Of a DNA stretch of 58,164 nucleotides, positions 47,162 to 56,880 are shown piece by piece. Each line of letters begins with the position of its first letter. The stretch's first letter is position 1. The stretch lies in NCBI GenBank assembly GCA_023150835.1, contig JAKLKB010000028.1, positions 1-58,164 of the forward strand, given 5' to 3'. The notes below the pieces were generated by a model. The model did not search any database. It saw nothing but the letters and a program-made list of their open reading frames with translations, and was not told where the DNA came from. A program made the translations under genes and the position numbers. This DNA comes from Myxococcota bacterium. GTDB taxonomy: Bacteria; Myxococcota_C; UBA6777.

Positions 47162-49702
47162 ATGCAAGCGCACTCTCATTTCCGAGTCCTCAAGTTTGGC
47201 GGAACCTCCCTTCACCAGCCCCATCTACTCCATCGCGTAATCCGCATCATTGCACACACACACTCCGAAGGCCCAACCGCTGTCGTGGTTTCCGCGATCG
47301 GCGACACCACCGAGATGTTGCTCCAAGCCGCACACACCGCAGCACAGGGCAAACTCGCCGAAGCAGAGGCCCTTGTCGATCACATCCATGATCTCGCCCT
47401 GCACAACGCGCTCGCTTGTATGCGGCAGATGCGCATCGATCGCGATCCACGCGGTGATCTGGACGATGCCTTGAAGATTACACCGCAGGCCCGCGAACTT
47501 CTCACACCACTTCGTCAGATCTTGCTTGGGATTAGCCTGCTGCGCCAGAAAACCCTACAATCTCTTGATCTGGTGATGTCCTTTGGTGAGCGCCTCAGCG
47601 CCCGTCTACTCGCTCTCTTGCTTCAAGCCGAAGGCTTCGACGCCACCGATGTCGACGCTCGCACATGGCTCGTCACCGACGACAACTTCGGTGCTGCCGA
47701 GGTCAACAACGCGATCAGTCGCGAGCGCTTGCGCGATCTCTCGCACCGATGGGCAAACAAGATCACCGTTCACACCGGATTCATCGGCCAAACCGAAGAC
47801 GGATGCGTCACGACGCTTGGACGCAATGGCTCCGATTACACCGCCACCTTGCTTGCCAACTTTCTCGAAGCCGAACGTGTCGAGCGTTGGACCAGCCTCC
47901 CGGGCGTGATGACTGCCGATCCCGCCATCGTCCCCGACGCTTATCCTGTCCAACAACTCAGCTATCTCGAAGCCCTCGAACTGGCGCATTATGGCTCTCG
48001 CGTCCTCCACCCACGCACCATGCTCCCGCTGCTTGAAGCCGATATCCCGATGCGCATCCGAAACGTCGAATCTCCCGATGATCACGGCACTTGGATCCAC
48101 CGCGAACGCAAAGACCTCGACAACCGCCCCACCTGTGTCACCTCGCTCGAAAACCTCGCACTGATCGATATCCGATGGCGCAAGCTCTCCAAACAAGCCC
48201 AGATGAGCGAGCGCGTCCTCCAAGCCCTCCGCCAAGCCGATATCCCCCTCTGGATGGCCACACAGCCCGCTCACGGCCAAGCTGTCGCGGTCGTCCTCCC
48301 TCACGAACGCCTCGCCGAGGCTGTCCGTGTCCTCGAAGCCGAACTCAGCCCCGAACGCCTCCGCCAAGAAGCCGAACCCTTCGAGATCGTGGCCCCTGTC
48401 ACCTTGCTCTCTCTTGTCGGCGAAGGTATGTCCCCCGAAGAAGATGTCACTGGAAGATTCTTCCGCACACTCGGAACCATCGGTGTTTCTGTCCTTGCCA
48501 TCGCCCAAGGCAAAAGCTCTCGCTCGATCTCCTGTGTCATCGACGCCCAAGACACCCACGTCGCCGTTCGCACCGTCCATGCCGCCTTTAACTTCGCCCA
48601 CCAAGATGTCAGCGTCTTTCTCCTCGGCCAAGGTGTTGTCGGTAGCCAGCTTCAACAGCAACTTCAAACCCAACATCAAAAACTACGCGAACAACACGAC
48701 GTCCACTTGCGCCTCGTTGGACTTGCCAACAGCCGCGAGATCGCCTTTCACCCCGAAGGCATCGCCCCCACCAGCCAGATCCACGATCTCCCCCATTCCA
48801 TCCGTTCGCCTCACGATACCCCTCACTTGCTCGCTGCACTCGATCGCTTGCGCCGTCTGCCTGTCCCCATCCTTGTCGATTGCACCGCCGCTTCCGAGAT
48901 GCACCTGCTCTACAAAGAAGCCTTTGCTCGCGGAATCCACGTCGTCGCCGCCAACAAAAAACCCCTCACCATCCCTTGGCCCCAACGACAACAACTCCTC
49001 CAATCGGCGCGCACACACCACCGCGCCTATCGCTACGAAACCACCGTCGGCGCAAGCCTACCCGTGATCGACACCCTCCAATCTCTCGTCCGTACAGGCG
49101 ATCGCGTCCTGCGCATCGAAGGCTCCTTCTCTGGAACCCTCGGCTACCTCAGCGACAAAGTCATGTCGGGAACTCCACTCTCTCAAGCCGTCCGAACTGC
49201 CCGTGAACTCGGCTATACCGAACCTCAGCCCCAAGATGACCTCTCCGGCCTCGATGTCGCCCGAAAAGCCCTGATCCTGATCCGCGAACTCGGCCTCCCC
49301 ATCGAACTCGAACACATCACCGTCGAACCCCTCGTCCCCGAACAGATCCTCGCCAAACGCGATCTCGACGACTTCTTCGCCGCACTCGAACAACACGACC
49401 GCGCTTTCCAACAACACATCGACTCCCTCAAATCCGACAACAAAACCTTCCGTTATCTCGCCATCCTCGTCCCTCCCAACGCCCCCAACGAACCCTTTGA
49501 AGCCCGTGTCGGTCCCGTCGGCATCCCCAACCACCATCCCGCCACTCGCCTCCGTGGCTCCGAGTCTTTCGTCGCCTTCACCACCGAACGTTACCAAGAG
49601 TACCCCATGATCGTCCAAGGTGCCGGCGCTGGCGGAGCCGTCACCGCCGCCGGTGTCCTCGCCGATATCTTCCGTATCGCACAGCATCTGCGCGGTCGCT
49701 AA
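47162..49702 (+). CDS. thrA: Bifunctional aspartate kinase / homoserine dehydrogenase
   Basis: KFGGTS, SFGERLS, TLGRNGSDYTA, ACT domains, GQGVVG, ANKK, YETTVGASLP, DDLSGLDVARK, GAGAGGAVTAAGV; could be a metL-type paralog. Confidence 0.9.
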   Translation: MQAHSHFRVLKFGGTSLHQPHLLHRVIRIIAHTHSEGPTAVVVSAIGDTTEMLLQAAHTAAQGKLAEAEALVDHIHDLALHNALACMRQMRIDRDPRGDLDDALKITPQARELLTPLRQILLGISLLRQKTLQSLDLVMSFGERLSARLLALLLQAEGFDATDVDARTWLVTDDNFGAAEVNNAISRERLRDLSHRWANKITVHTGFIGQTEDGCVTTLGRNGSDYTATLLANFLEAERVERWTSLPGVMTADPAIVPDAYPVQQLSYLEALELAHYGSRVLHPRTMLPLLEADIPMRIRNVESPDDHGTWIHRERKDLDNRPTCVTSLENLALIDIRWRKLSKQAQMSERVLQALRQADIPLWMATQPAHGQAVAVVLPHERLAEAVRVLEAELSPERLRQEAEPFEIVAPVTLLSLVGEGMSPEEDVTGRFFRTLGTIGVSVLAIAQGKSSRSISCVIDAQDTHVAVRTVHAAFNFAHQDVSVFLLGQGVVGSQLQQQLQTQHQKLREQHDVHLRLVGLANSREIAFHPEGIAPTSQIHDLPHSIRSPHDTPHLLAALDRLRRLPVPILVDCTAASEMHLLYKEAFARGIHVVAANKKPLTIPWPQRQQLLQSARTHHRAYRYETTVGASLPVIDTLQSLVRTGDRVLRIEGSFSGTLGYLSDKVMSGTPLSQAVRTARELGYTEPQPQDDLSGLDVARKALILIRELGLPIELEHITVEPLVPEQILAKRDLDDFFAALEQHDRAFQQHIDSLKSDNKTFRYLAILVPPNAPNEPFEARVGPVGIPNHHPATRLRGSESFVAFTTERYQEYPMIVQGAGAGGAVTAAGVLADIFRIAQHLRGR

Positions 49703-49756
49703 TCTCCCCCTCTCTTCGATCTTTCCCGTCTCTTCGCCCCTTCCCCGTTCTTCGGC

Positions 49757-49887
49757 TTTTGTGGGGTTTCACCCCACGCCCCACAAGGGACTGTCGCCCC
49801 TTGACCCCGTATCGGCGGGGTGATCACTGCTTTTCAAACCAACGACAGCACCGCTTGAAATAGCGCGAACGCGGGATTTTTTTCTGC
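49757..49887 (+). repeat. Dispersed intergenic repeat family B, copy 5 (followed by a partial family A copy at 49891-49950)
   Basis: TTTTGTGGGGTTTCACCCCACGCCCCACAAGGG..CCCCTTGACCCCGTATCGGCGG..TTTTCAAAC..CGCTTGA. Confidence 0.85.
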
Positions 49888-50037
49888 GAATACGAGAGCC
49901 GCCCGTTGTGTGATCGTCAGGAGATAGGGGCAGCCATCGGGGGCTTGCGGTATCCCACTATCGCATAAACCTTCTCCTCGCCGTGTCTGCCTTCTTTCCG
50001 TGTCTTCCGTGGACTCTTCTTGGCCCATTCCGAGCCA

Positions 50038-50400
50038 TCACTTTTTATTGATCACCAGATGCACCGATGTTCCGGGCGCGACCCGCTGTCCAGCCGCAGG
50101 ACGCTGGCGCAAGACCCACAGCGGTGTCACGTCTTCATCGACCGCATAACTCACGGACCCCACCCGCAAGCCTGCACTTTGCAACATCTCTTTCGCACGA
50201 TCTTCGCGCATATTGCGCACACTTGGAACGCGCACTTGGCCTGACAAAACGGACGGGACTTCGAGACGCACTTTGGGCGGGGGTTTTTGCGTCAACATCG
50301 GCAACACCCAAAACTCCATCCCCACATAAACCGCCACCGACACAAACAACGACACAAAAAAGGTTCCCAGAAAAGACATCCCACCTGCACGTTCCGCCAT
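50038..50400 (-). CDS. PASTA domain-containing membrane protein
   Basis: GGAGGTGA RBS; N-terminal TM; VPSVRNM..AKEMLQSAGL..VLRQRPAAG..VHLVI. Confidence 0.8.
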   Translation of the reverse strand: MAERAGGMSFLGTFFVSLFVSVAVYVGMEFWVLPMLTQKPPPKVRLEVPSVLSGQVRVPSVRNMREDRAKEMLQSAGLRVGSVSYAVDEDVTPLWVLRQRPAAGQRVAPGTSVHLVINKK

Positions 50401-50618
50401 CTCTCACCTCCAGTTCGCTCCAGCCCAAATCGATACAACGCGATGCAAACGGCCCATCCTCGGCCCATCAAACGAAGGGTTGTCGCATCAAAAAGAGCGT
50501 GGTAGGCTTGCCCCTGTTTGACCACACTCTTGCTTTTTGCTACGCGATATCGCTTCACCGCAAAAGCAGCCTCGTTCCACCACAAGGACAGCACCGCTTC
50601 ACCACAAGAGGTTTCCGT

Positions 50619-51776
50619 ATGCCACACTACCACCGACTTGGGGAGATCCCTCCCAAACGCCATATCCAGTTCCGCCGCCCTGACGGCAAGCTCTACGCCG
50701 AAGAACTCGTCAGCACCGAAGGATTTTCCAATCTGTATTCCCTTGTGTATCACATCCACCCACCAACGGCGATCCAAGAAGCCGGCACCCCTTACAGCGT
50801 CGCTCCCAAGGTCGCACTCGACAAAAATATCCTGCCTCGCAGCTTCCTTGGCTTTCGCCTCCCGAACGAAGGGGACTTCCTACAAAGCCGCAAGATCGTC
50901 TTTACCAACAACGATCTCCACGTTGCGCTTGCCTCCCCACGTCACGGCACAACGGACTTTTACAAAAACGCCCAATCGGACGAAGTGATCTTTGTCCACG
51001 AAGGCCAAGGAACCTTGCGCACCATGCTCGGCGATCTGGCCTTCCAAGGCGGCGATTACCTTGTGATCCCGCGTGGCGTGATCTACCAGATCGATTTTGT
51101 CAACGAGCACAATCGCCTATTCATTGTCGAATCCCACAGCCCGATCACCTTCCCCAAACGCTACCTCAATGACGCGGGCCAGCTTCTCGAACACGCGCCC
51201 TTTTGCGAACGCGATATCCGCAAACCCACCACACTCCACACCCACGACGCACAAGGCGATTTTAAGATCTTGATCAAAAGACAAGATCAGATCTATCCGT
51301 TGTCTTATGCTTATCATCCCTTCGATGTCATCGGATGGGACGGCTACTTTTTCCCCTATGCTTTTTCGATCCACGACTTTGAGCCGATCACGGGCCGCGT
51401 CCACCAACCGCCACCTGTTCACCAAACCTTCGCAGCACGGGGCTTTGTGATCTGCTCTTTCGTTCCGCGCCTCTATGACTACCATCCTCTCGCCATCCCC
51501 GCTCCCTACCACCACAGCAACATCGACTCCGACGAAGTCCTCTACTACGTAGACGGCGAATTCATGAGCCGAAAGCACGTCGAACGCGGCATGATCTCGC
51601 TACATCCGATGGGCATCCCACACGGCCCTCACCCGGGCGCGATCGAACGCTCCATCGGCAAAAAAGAAACCCGCGAACTGGCTGTGATGGTCGATACCTT
51701 TGCACCGCTCAAGATCACCGAAGACGCGCTCAAACTCGAAGATCCCCTCTACCACAAATCATGGCTTGAAGAGTGA
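50619..51776 (+). CDS. hmgA: Homogentisate 1,2-dioxygenase
   Basis: HQPPPVHQTF, FVICSFVPR, PYHHSNIDSDEVLYY, HPMGIPHGP, ELAVMVDTF; adjacent to hppD. Confidence 0.93.
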   Translation: MPHYHRLGEIPPKRHIQFRRPDGKLYAEELVSTEGFSNLYSLVYHIHPPTAIQEAGTPYSVAPKVALDKNILPRSFLGFRLPNEGDFLQSRKIVFTNNDLHVALASPRHGTTDFYKNAQSDEVIFVHEGQGTLRTMLGDLAFQGGDYLVIPRGVIYQIDFVNEHNRLFIVESHSPITFPKRYLNDAGQLLEHAPFCERDIRKPTTLHTHDAQGDFKILIKRQDQIYPLSYAYHPFDVIGWDGYFFPYAFSIHDFEPITGRVHQPPPVHQTFAARGFVICSFVPRLYDYHPLAIPAPYHHSNIDSDEVLYYVDGEFMSRKHVERGMISLHPMGIPHGPHPGAIERSIGKKETRELAVMVDTFAPLKITEDALKLEDPLYHKSWLEE

Positions 51777-51831
51777 ATCGCGCAGCAAAGGCGCAAGGCT
51801 GTTTTTCCACCTCACCCCGTCACTTCGTGAC

Positions 51832-51970
51832 ACCCCTCTCCCCACGACCACTCGTAAGACTCGTTGTGCGGAGAGGGGGCAAAAAACGATACGCACACGC
51901 ATACTCTGCCTTCTTCACCCCCCTCGCCGCTGCGACAGCAGGGAGAGGGGGGGCGGGGGGGGTGAGGGTC
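51832..51970. repeat. GC-rich palindromic intergenic repeats (CCCCTCTCCC..GGAGAGGGG type)
   Basis: Two stem-loops between hmgA and hppD; related CCCCACCCCAGCCCTCCCCC..GGGGAGGGAG at about 56903-56945. Confidence 0.5.
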
Positions 51971-52028
51971 GAACAAGGCGCATCGTTCTTCAACCAATAC
52001 GCTTCTACACAAGAGCGAGGACTACACC

Positions 52029-53132
52029 ATGACCCAAACCCAACAGGATTTCTTGCCGATCAATGGCACAGACTACATCGAATTTTATGTTGGAAACGCC
52101 AAACAAGCCGCGCATTTCTACAAAACGGCCTTCGGCTTCCAATCGGTCGCCTATGCCGGACCCGAAACAGGCATCCGCGATCGCGCTTCTTATGTCCTGC
52201 AACAAAACAAGATCCGCCTCGTCCTCACCACTCCGCTCCACCCCGAAGGCGAGATCGCTGCGCACATCCAACGCCACGGCGACGGTGTCAAGACCCTTGC
52301 GATGTGGGTCGATGACGCCACCGCTGCTTGGAAAGAAACCACCACACGCGGCGCTCGCTCCGCGATGGAACCCACCACCCTCAAAGATCAACACGGAGAA
52401 GCCCGTCTATCGGGCATCCACACTTACGGCGACACGCTCCACCTGTTTGTCGAGCGAAAAAACTACAACGGCCCCTTTCTACCCGGCTTTGAAGCATGGA
52501 AAAGCCACTACAACCCCACCGATACGGGCTTGCTCTATGTCGATCACTGCGTCGGAAACGTCGGTTGGGGCGAGATGAATCAATGGTGTGACTTTTACCG
52601 CAACGTCATGGGCTTTCAACAGCTTGTTTCCTTCGATGACAAGGACATCTCCACCGAATACTCCGCACTGATGAGCAAGGTCATGTCCAACGGAAATGGC
52701 CGCATCAAGTTCCCGATCAACGAACCTGCCAAAGGCAAAAAGAAATCCCAGATCGAAGAATACATCGACTTTTACCACGGGGCGGGCGTCCAACACATCG
52801 CCGTCGCCACGGACGATATCGTCTATACCGTCACCAGTCTCCGCGATCGCGGCGTCGAATTCCTGTACGTTCCAAGCGCCTACTACGACGATATCCTTGA
52901 TCGCGTCGGCCCGATCGAAGAAGACCTCGCCCCCTTGCGAGAACTCGGCATCCTGATCGACCGCGACGAAGATGGCTACCTCTTGCAGATCTTCACCAAA
53001 CCCGTCGAAGATCGCCCCACTTTGTTTTATGAGATCATCCAACGCAAAGGCGCACGCTCCTTCGGAAAAGGCAACTTTAAGGCGCTTTTTGAGTCGATCG
53101 AACGCGAGCAAGCACGCCGTGGAAACCTCTAA
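52029..53132 (+). CDS. hppD: 4-hydroxyphenylpyruvate dioxygenase
   Basis: YVGNAKQAA, DHCVGN, KFPINEP, GVQHIA, LLQIFTKP, FYEIIQR, FGKGNFKALF. Confidence 0.97.
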   Translation: MTQTQQDFLPINGTDYIEFYVGNAKQAAHFYKTAFGFQSVAYAGPETGIRDRASYVLQQNKIRLVLTTPLHPEGEIAAHIQRHGDGVKTLAMWVDDATAAWKETTTRGARSAMEPTTLKDQHGEARLSGIHTYGDTLHLFVERKNYNGPFLPGFEAWKSHYNPTDTGLLYVDHCVGNVGWGEMNQWCDFYRNVMGFQQLVSFDDKDISTEYSALMSKVMSNGNGRIKFPINEPAKGKKKSQIEEYIDFYHGAGVQHIAVATDDIVYTVTSLRDRGVEFLYVPSAYYDDILDRVGPIEEDLAPLRELGILIDRDEDGYLLQIFTKPVEDRPTLFYEIIQRKGARSFGKGNFKALFESIEREQARRGNL

Positions 53133-53145
53133 TCCCAACCCCCCC

Positions 53146-53442
53146 TTGACAACGCCCCAACCACCGTGGCGCGTCTCGATCCAGTTTTGCACAAAATGCC
53201 GATGGCTATTGCGCGCCGCTTGGCTTGCCCAAGAACTCCTCACCACCTTTGAAAACGATCTGCACGAAGTCGCTCTTTGTCCCGCAGATTCCGGCACTTT
53301 TGATGTCTTCCTCAACGGCTCTTTGCTGTTCTCTCGCGCACAACAACAACGCTTCCCCGAGCCCCGCGAGATCAAACAAGCCCTCCGCGATATCATCGAT
53401 CCACACCGTTCTCTCGGGCATTCTGATCGCCCCACCCCCTAA
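53146..53442 (+). CDS. Rdx (SelT/SelW/SelH) family protein
   Basis: CTKCRWLLRAAWLAQELLTTF, FPEPREIKQ..RD.IDP.RSLGHSD; start (TTG) uncertain. Confidence 0.88.
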   Translation: MTTPQPPWRVSIQFCTKCRWLLRAAWLAQELLTTFENDLHEVALCPADSGTFDVFLNGSLLFSRAQQQRFPEPREIKQALRDIIDPHRSLGHSDRPTP

Positions 53443-53533
53443 CACACTCTCTAAGAGAGGTGTGTTCGAAGGATTGCTGCGATCCGCTGTAGACGCCCGA
53501 TGGTTGGGCAGCCACCCCCGACTGCGCCCGCCT

Positions 53534-53563
53534 CCGATCTGCGGATCATGATCCGCAGATCGG
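53534..53563. other. Perfect 30-bp palindrome
   Basis: CCGATCTGCGGATCA|TGATCCGCAGATCGG. Confidence 0.8.
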
Positions 53564-53767
53564 CCCTGCCCTCTTACTTTTCGCAAAAAGATGATTTTCC
53601 TTTAAGATCGGCTTATTAGAGCAACGATCTTGGATCTCGTTGGGACTTTTGCGATTGGCCTCTCGCCATTCTTTTGGCTTTTGTGGTATACGGTCATCCC
53701 GATCTGTATCATGAGATACACCGCGTGGCAAAAGCCTTACGCTCACGAAAGCGAGAAGGAGTGGGAA

Positions 53768-54040
53768 GTCAACGACCCGCCCCGAAAGGGAGCGGGCTTG
53801 TGAGTCTTGCCCCGTTGACCCGCCCCCAGAAGCCGAGGGAAACTTCGGTGGAGGAAACGTTGAGAGAGAATAGATAGGCACAGTCGGATGCTTCTCCAGT
53901 CCGACGCATCTGCGGGGCACGTCGACAGTCCTTGGGTAAGCCTGCTTCGTGTCTTCAAAACCTCTCGTTCAACTGGGCAAGGAGAACTTGACCGAAACGC
54001 AAGTTTCGAGAACACCCCGTCAACACGGGGAAAGGTAACG
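53768..54040 (+). ncRNA. omega-RNA (HEARO-like) scaffold of IscB
   Basis: GTCAAC...GTTGAC first stem, ACGTT..GAATAGATAGGCAC, GGATGCTTCTCCAGTCC, GCAAGGAGAAC..GCAAG hairpin directly upstream of iscB. Confidence 0.8.
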
Positions 54041-54045
54041 TCTTC

Positions 54046-55371
54046 ATGGCACAAAACAGAGTCCTCGTCTTGGACGTTGACCATCAACCCCTGATGCCTT
54101 GTCATCCTGCTCGCGCTCGTCAGCTGCTCTCGGAGGGCAAAGCCGCCGTTTGGCGGCGTTTTCCCTTCGCCATCGTACTCCAACAACCCACCACTTCTCA
54201 CACACAACCCCTGCGCTTGAAGGTCGATCCCGGGAGTCGCACCTCTGGGCTCGCGGTCGTCGCCACTTACCAACGCGGACAGGTCTGTGTGTTCGCCGCA
54301 GAACTCCAACATCGCGGCATGGCGATCAAAGAAGCTCTCTACAAACGTCGTGGTGTTCGGCGTTCGCGGCGGTATCGCCACACACGTTATCGCAAACCGC
54401 GCTTTCTGAATCGAAAACGAAGAAAAGGCTGGCTGGCCCCCAGTTTGGAAAGTCGTGTGCAAAACGTGGTGCAGTGGGCCAAACGGCTGAGGCGTTGGAT
54501 GCCTTTGACGGACTTGTCGATGGAATCGGTGCGTTTCGATCTGCAACGCTTAGAGAATCCAGAGATCGAGGGCGTCCAATACCAACAAGGCACGTTGTTT
54601 GGGTACGAAGTGCGGGAATATCTGCTGGAAAAGTGGGGAAGAAAGTGTTTCTATTGTGAGGCCACAGAGGTGCCTTTACAAATCGACCACATCATGCCTC
54701 GCTCGAAGGGGGGGACGGATCGTGTGAGCAACCTGACGTTGGCCTGTGCAGCGTGCAACCAGAAGAAGGGCAACACGGACGCGAAGACGTTTCTAGCCAA
54801 ACAGCCCTCAAAATACGCAGCGTTGAGGGCTGCATCCAAGAGAGGGCTCTCAGATGCGGCGGCGGTCAACAGCACACGAACGGCGTTGTGGAAACGGTTA
54901 TGTGGGTTGGGTATCGCGTTGGAAGTGGGCAGCGGCGGGCAGACGAAGTACAACCGAAGCGTGCAAGGGTATGCGAAAACACACTGGCTCGATGCCGTGT
55001 GTGTCGGCGTGTCGGGAGAACGTGTGCTCGTGGAGGCAGAGCAAGAAGTGCTGGAGATCAAGGCGATGGGACGGGGAAGTCGACAGATGTGCAGAATGGA
55101 TCAGTACGGGTTCCCCCGAACAGGCCCGAAAGCAAGACAAAAGAAGGTGTACGGTTTTCAGACCGGAGACATGGTGGAGGCGGTGGTTTCGAGAGGAAAA
55201 AAAGCAGGTCGATACGTAGGACGGGTGGCGGTGCGAAGTACGGGCAGTTTCAACATCAAAACCCGAAGTGGCACAACACAAGGCATTTCTTACAAACATT
55301 GTCGTATCCTTCAACACACAGACGGATACGCCTACACACGAAGAAAGGACGGCGCTTCCTCCCCCCTCTAA
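54046..55371 (+). CDS. iscB: RNA-guided endonuclease IscB
   Basis: PLMP domain (PLMPCHPARAR), RuvC-I DPGS, RRxRR bridge helix, RuvC-II ESVRFD, HNH (CFYC..DHIMPRSKGG..NLTLAC..CN), RuvC-III HWLDA, GFQTGD. Confidence 0.96.
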   Translation: MAQNRVLVLDVDHQPLMPCHPARARQLLSEGKAAVWRRFPFAIVLQQPTTSHTQPLRLKVDPGSRTSGLAVVATYQRGQVCVFAAELQHRGMAIKEALYKRRGVRRSRRYRHTRYRKPRFLNRKRRKGWLAPSLESRVQNVVQWAKRLRRWMPLTDLSMESVRFDLQRLENPEIEGVQYQQGTLFGYEVREYLLEKWGRKCFYCEATEVPLQIDHIMPRSKGGTDRVSNLTLACAACNQKKGNTDAKTFLAKQPSKYAALRAASKRGLSDAAAVNSTRTALWKRLCGLGIALEVGSGGQTKYNRSVQGYAKTHWLDAVCVGVSGERVLVEAEQEVLEIKAMGRGSRQMCRMDQYGFPRTGPKARQKKVYGFQTGDMVEAVVSRGKKAGRYVGRVAVRSTGSFNIKTRSGTTQGISYKHCRILQHTDGYAYTRRKDGASSPL

Positions 55372-55399
55372 AGAAGGGGGTCTCCGCGCCTTATCAACG

Positions 55400-56452
55400 A
55401 TGAGTATCTCTCTAGAGCAACCGACTTGGCTGGCCGATCTGATCCGATATACCCTCGAACACTACGATACGCAGGCCGCAAGCGCACGCGCCACACAACT
55501 CCCCGTAGACAACCGACGCGGTGTGGCTGCCATCTCGATGGCCCTCGAATGCCGCAACGTCTCGCAAGGTTTACCTGCCCTCTATCCTGAACTCTCCGAA
55601 GATCCCTCTGATTTTCCCTCCGTCAAATTCCTCTCCACCTTGCGCATCCAATCCGAAGTCGCTTTGGATGTCGCGGTCTCCCTTGGCCGTCCCTACGAAG
55701 GCCAACTCGCCCGCCTTGCCTTGTTGATGATCTGGTGGGCGGCCCTCGGCGAACTCGATCAAGCCGACGCCCTCGCCCAACTCTGGACACAGATCGCTCA
55801 AGGACATCGCGATGCGTCCGAGATCTCGGGCTATCTCGATAGCCACATCGAACCTCTCGGCGCACACCTCAAGTCCCGCGCTGTCCTCAAACCCGATCCT
55901 CTCCTCGCTCTCCCGATCAGCCAAGGCATCAGCTTCTTTGATATCCGCATGGCTGGACAACTCGCCGAAGCTCTCCACGATGACCAACAGCTCGAACGCC
56001 ACGAGATCGAGCGCATCATGATGCTCACCCAAAGCGATCGACTCCGCTTCATCGAAGCCACCATCGCCCTCGCTTGGTCCAACGGACTCCTCGAATCCGA
56101 AGAACGCAACCTGATCAAAAAACAGATCGAAGTCCTCAACCTCGACAAAAAGGACACCCGCAAACTTCTCAACGCGATGATCACCCCCGCCGTCCCGAAA
56201 GAATTTGTGCAATCTTTCTCCGATCCAGAGGTCGCAATGTTTGTTCTGCGCCAGCTTGTGATCGCCTCCATGATCGACGGCGAACAAGACGCCAAAGAAC
56301 GCAAGTTCCTCCAACGCACCGCCAAAGAGATGGGACTCAACGACACCCAATTCCGCCAGATCATGGAAGCCATGATGGCCTTCCTCGACGCCAACCGCGC
56401 CTCCATCGACGCGATGAAGTCCCAAAAGAAACGCACCCGCCCCGGCTTCTGA
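55400..56452 (+). CDS. TerB-like (tellurite resistance / DjlA N-terminal-like) domain protein
   Basis: ALAWSNGLLESEERNLI and ASMIDGEQDAKERKFLQRTAKEMGL motifs; ATG abuts the IscB element end. Confidence 0.7.
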   Translation: MSISLEQPTWLADLIRYTLEHYDTQAASARATQLPVDNRRGVAAISMALECRNVSQGLPALYPELSEDPSDFPSVKFLSTLRIQSEVALDVAVSLGRPYEGQLARLALLMIWWAALGELDQADALAQLWTQIAQGHRDASEISGYLDSHIEPLGAHLKSRAVLKPDPLLALPISQGISFFDIRMAGQLAEALHDDQQLERHEIERIMMLTQSDRLRFIEATIALAWSNGLLESEERNLIKKQIEVLNLDKKDTRKLLNAMITPAVPKEFVQSFSDPEVAMFVLRQLVIASMIDGEQDAKERKFLQRTAKEMGLNDTQFRQIMEAMMAFLDANRASIDAMKSQKKRTRPGF

Positions 56453-56528
56453 TCCTCCAAAACCCTTGTTCCTCCGCCCTCTCTGCCTCACACTACTCTA
56501 CACGCTCACACAACCTCGGATGGATCGA

Positions 56529-56662
56529 GTTTTGTGGGGTTTCACCCCACACCCCACAAGGGAGCACCGCCCCCTTGACCCCGTATCGGCGGAGCAAACA
56601 GCGTTTTTCAAACCCACAACGGTTCCGCTCGAAGTGCCGCGAACACGGGTTTTTCTGGCCAC
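56529..56662 (+). repeat. Dispersed intergenic repeat family B, copy 6
   Basis: GTTTTGTGGGGTTTCACCCCACACCCCACAAGGG..CCCCTTGACCCCGTATCGGCGG..GCGAACACGGG. Confidence 0.85.
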
Positions 56663-56700
56663 ATATCACACGATAGTGTACACGAAACGTCGACACGGTT

Positions 56701-56880
56701 TGCTGTGGCGGTCCTGTTCTTGGGCAGCCACAGGGGGCTGCCCCTACATAGGTCGATCACACCGTGTGCTGTGGCGGTCCTGTTCTTGGGCAGCCACAGG
56801 GGGCTGCCCCTACATAGGTCGATCACACCGTGTGCTGTGGCGGTCCTGTTCTTGGGCAGCCACAGGGGGCTGCCCCCATA
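56701..56880. repeat. 66-bp tandem repeat containing the REP hairpin (about 2.7 copies; partial copy at 57080-57116)
   Basis: Units start at 56701, 56767 and 56833; each contains GGGCAGCCACAGGGGGCTGCCCC. Confidence 0.9.

Larger units (their letters stand above)
53768..55399 (+). mobile_element. Non-autonomous IS200/IS605-family IscB element (OMEGA system), about 1632 bp
   Basis: Starts GTCAAC + subterminal hairpin CCCGCCCCGAAAGGGAGCGGG; distal hairpin GGCGCTTCCTCCCCCCTCTAAAGAAGGGGGTCTCCGCGCC (55351-55390); no tnpA; boundaries inferred. Confidence 0.85.

Noticed and set aside
53146-53442. Selenoprotein
   Set aside because: The motif is CxxC (CTKC) with no in-frame TGA.
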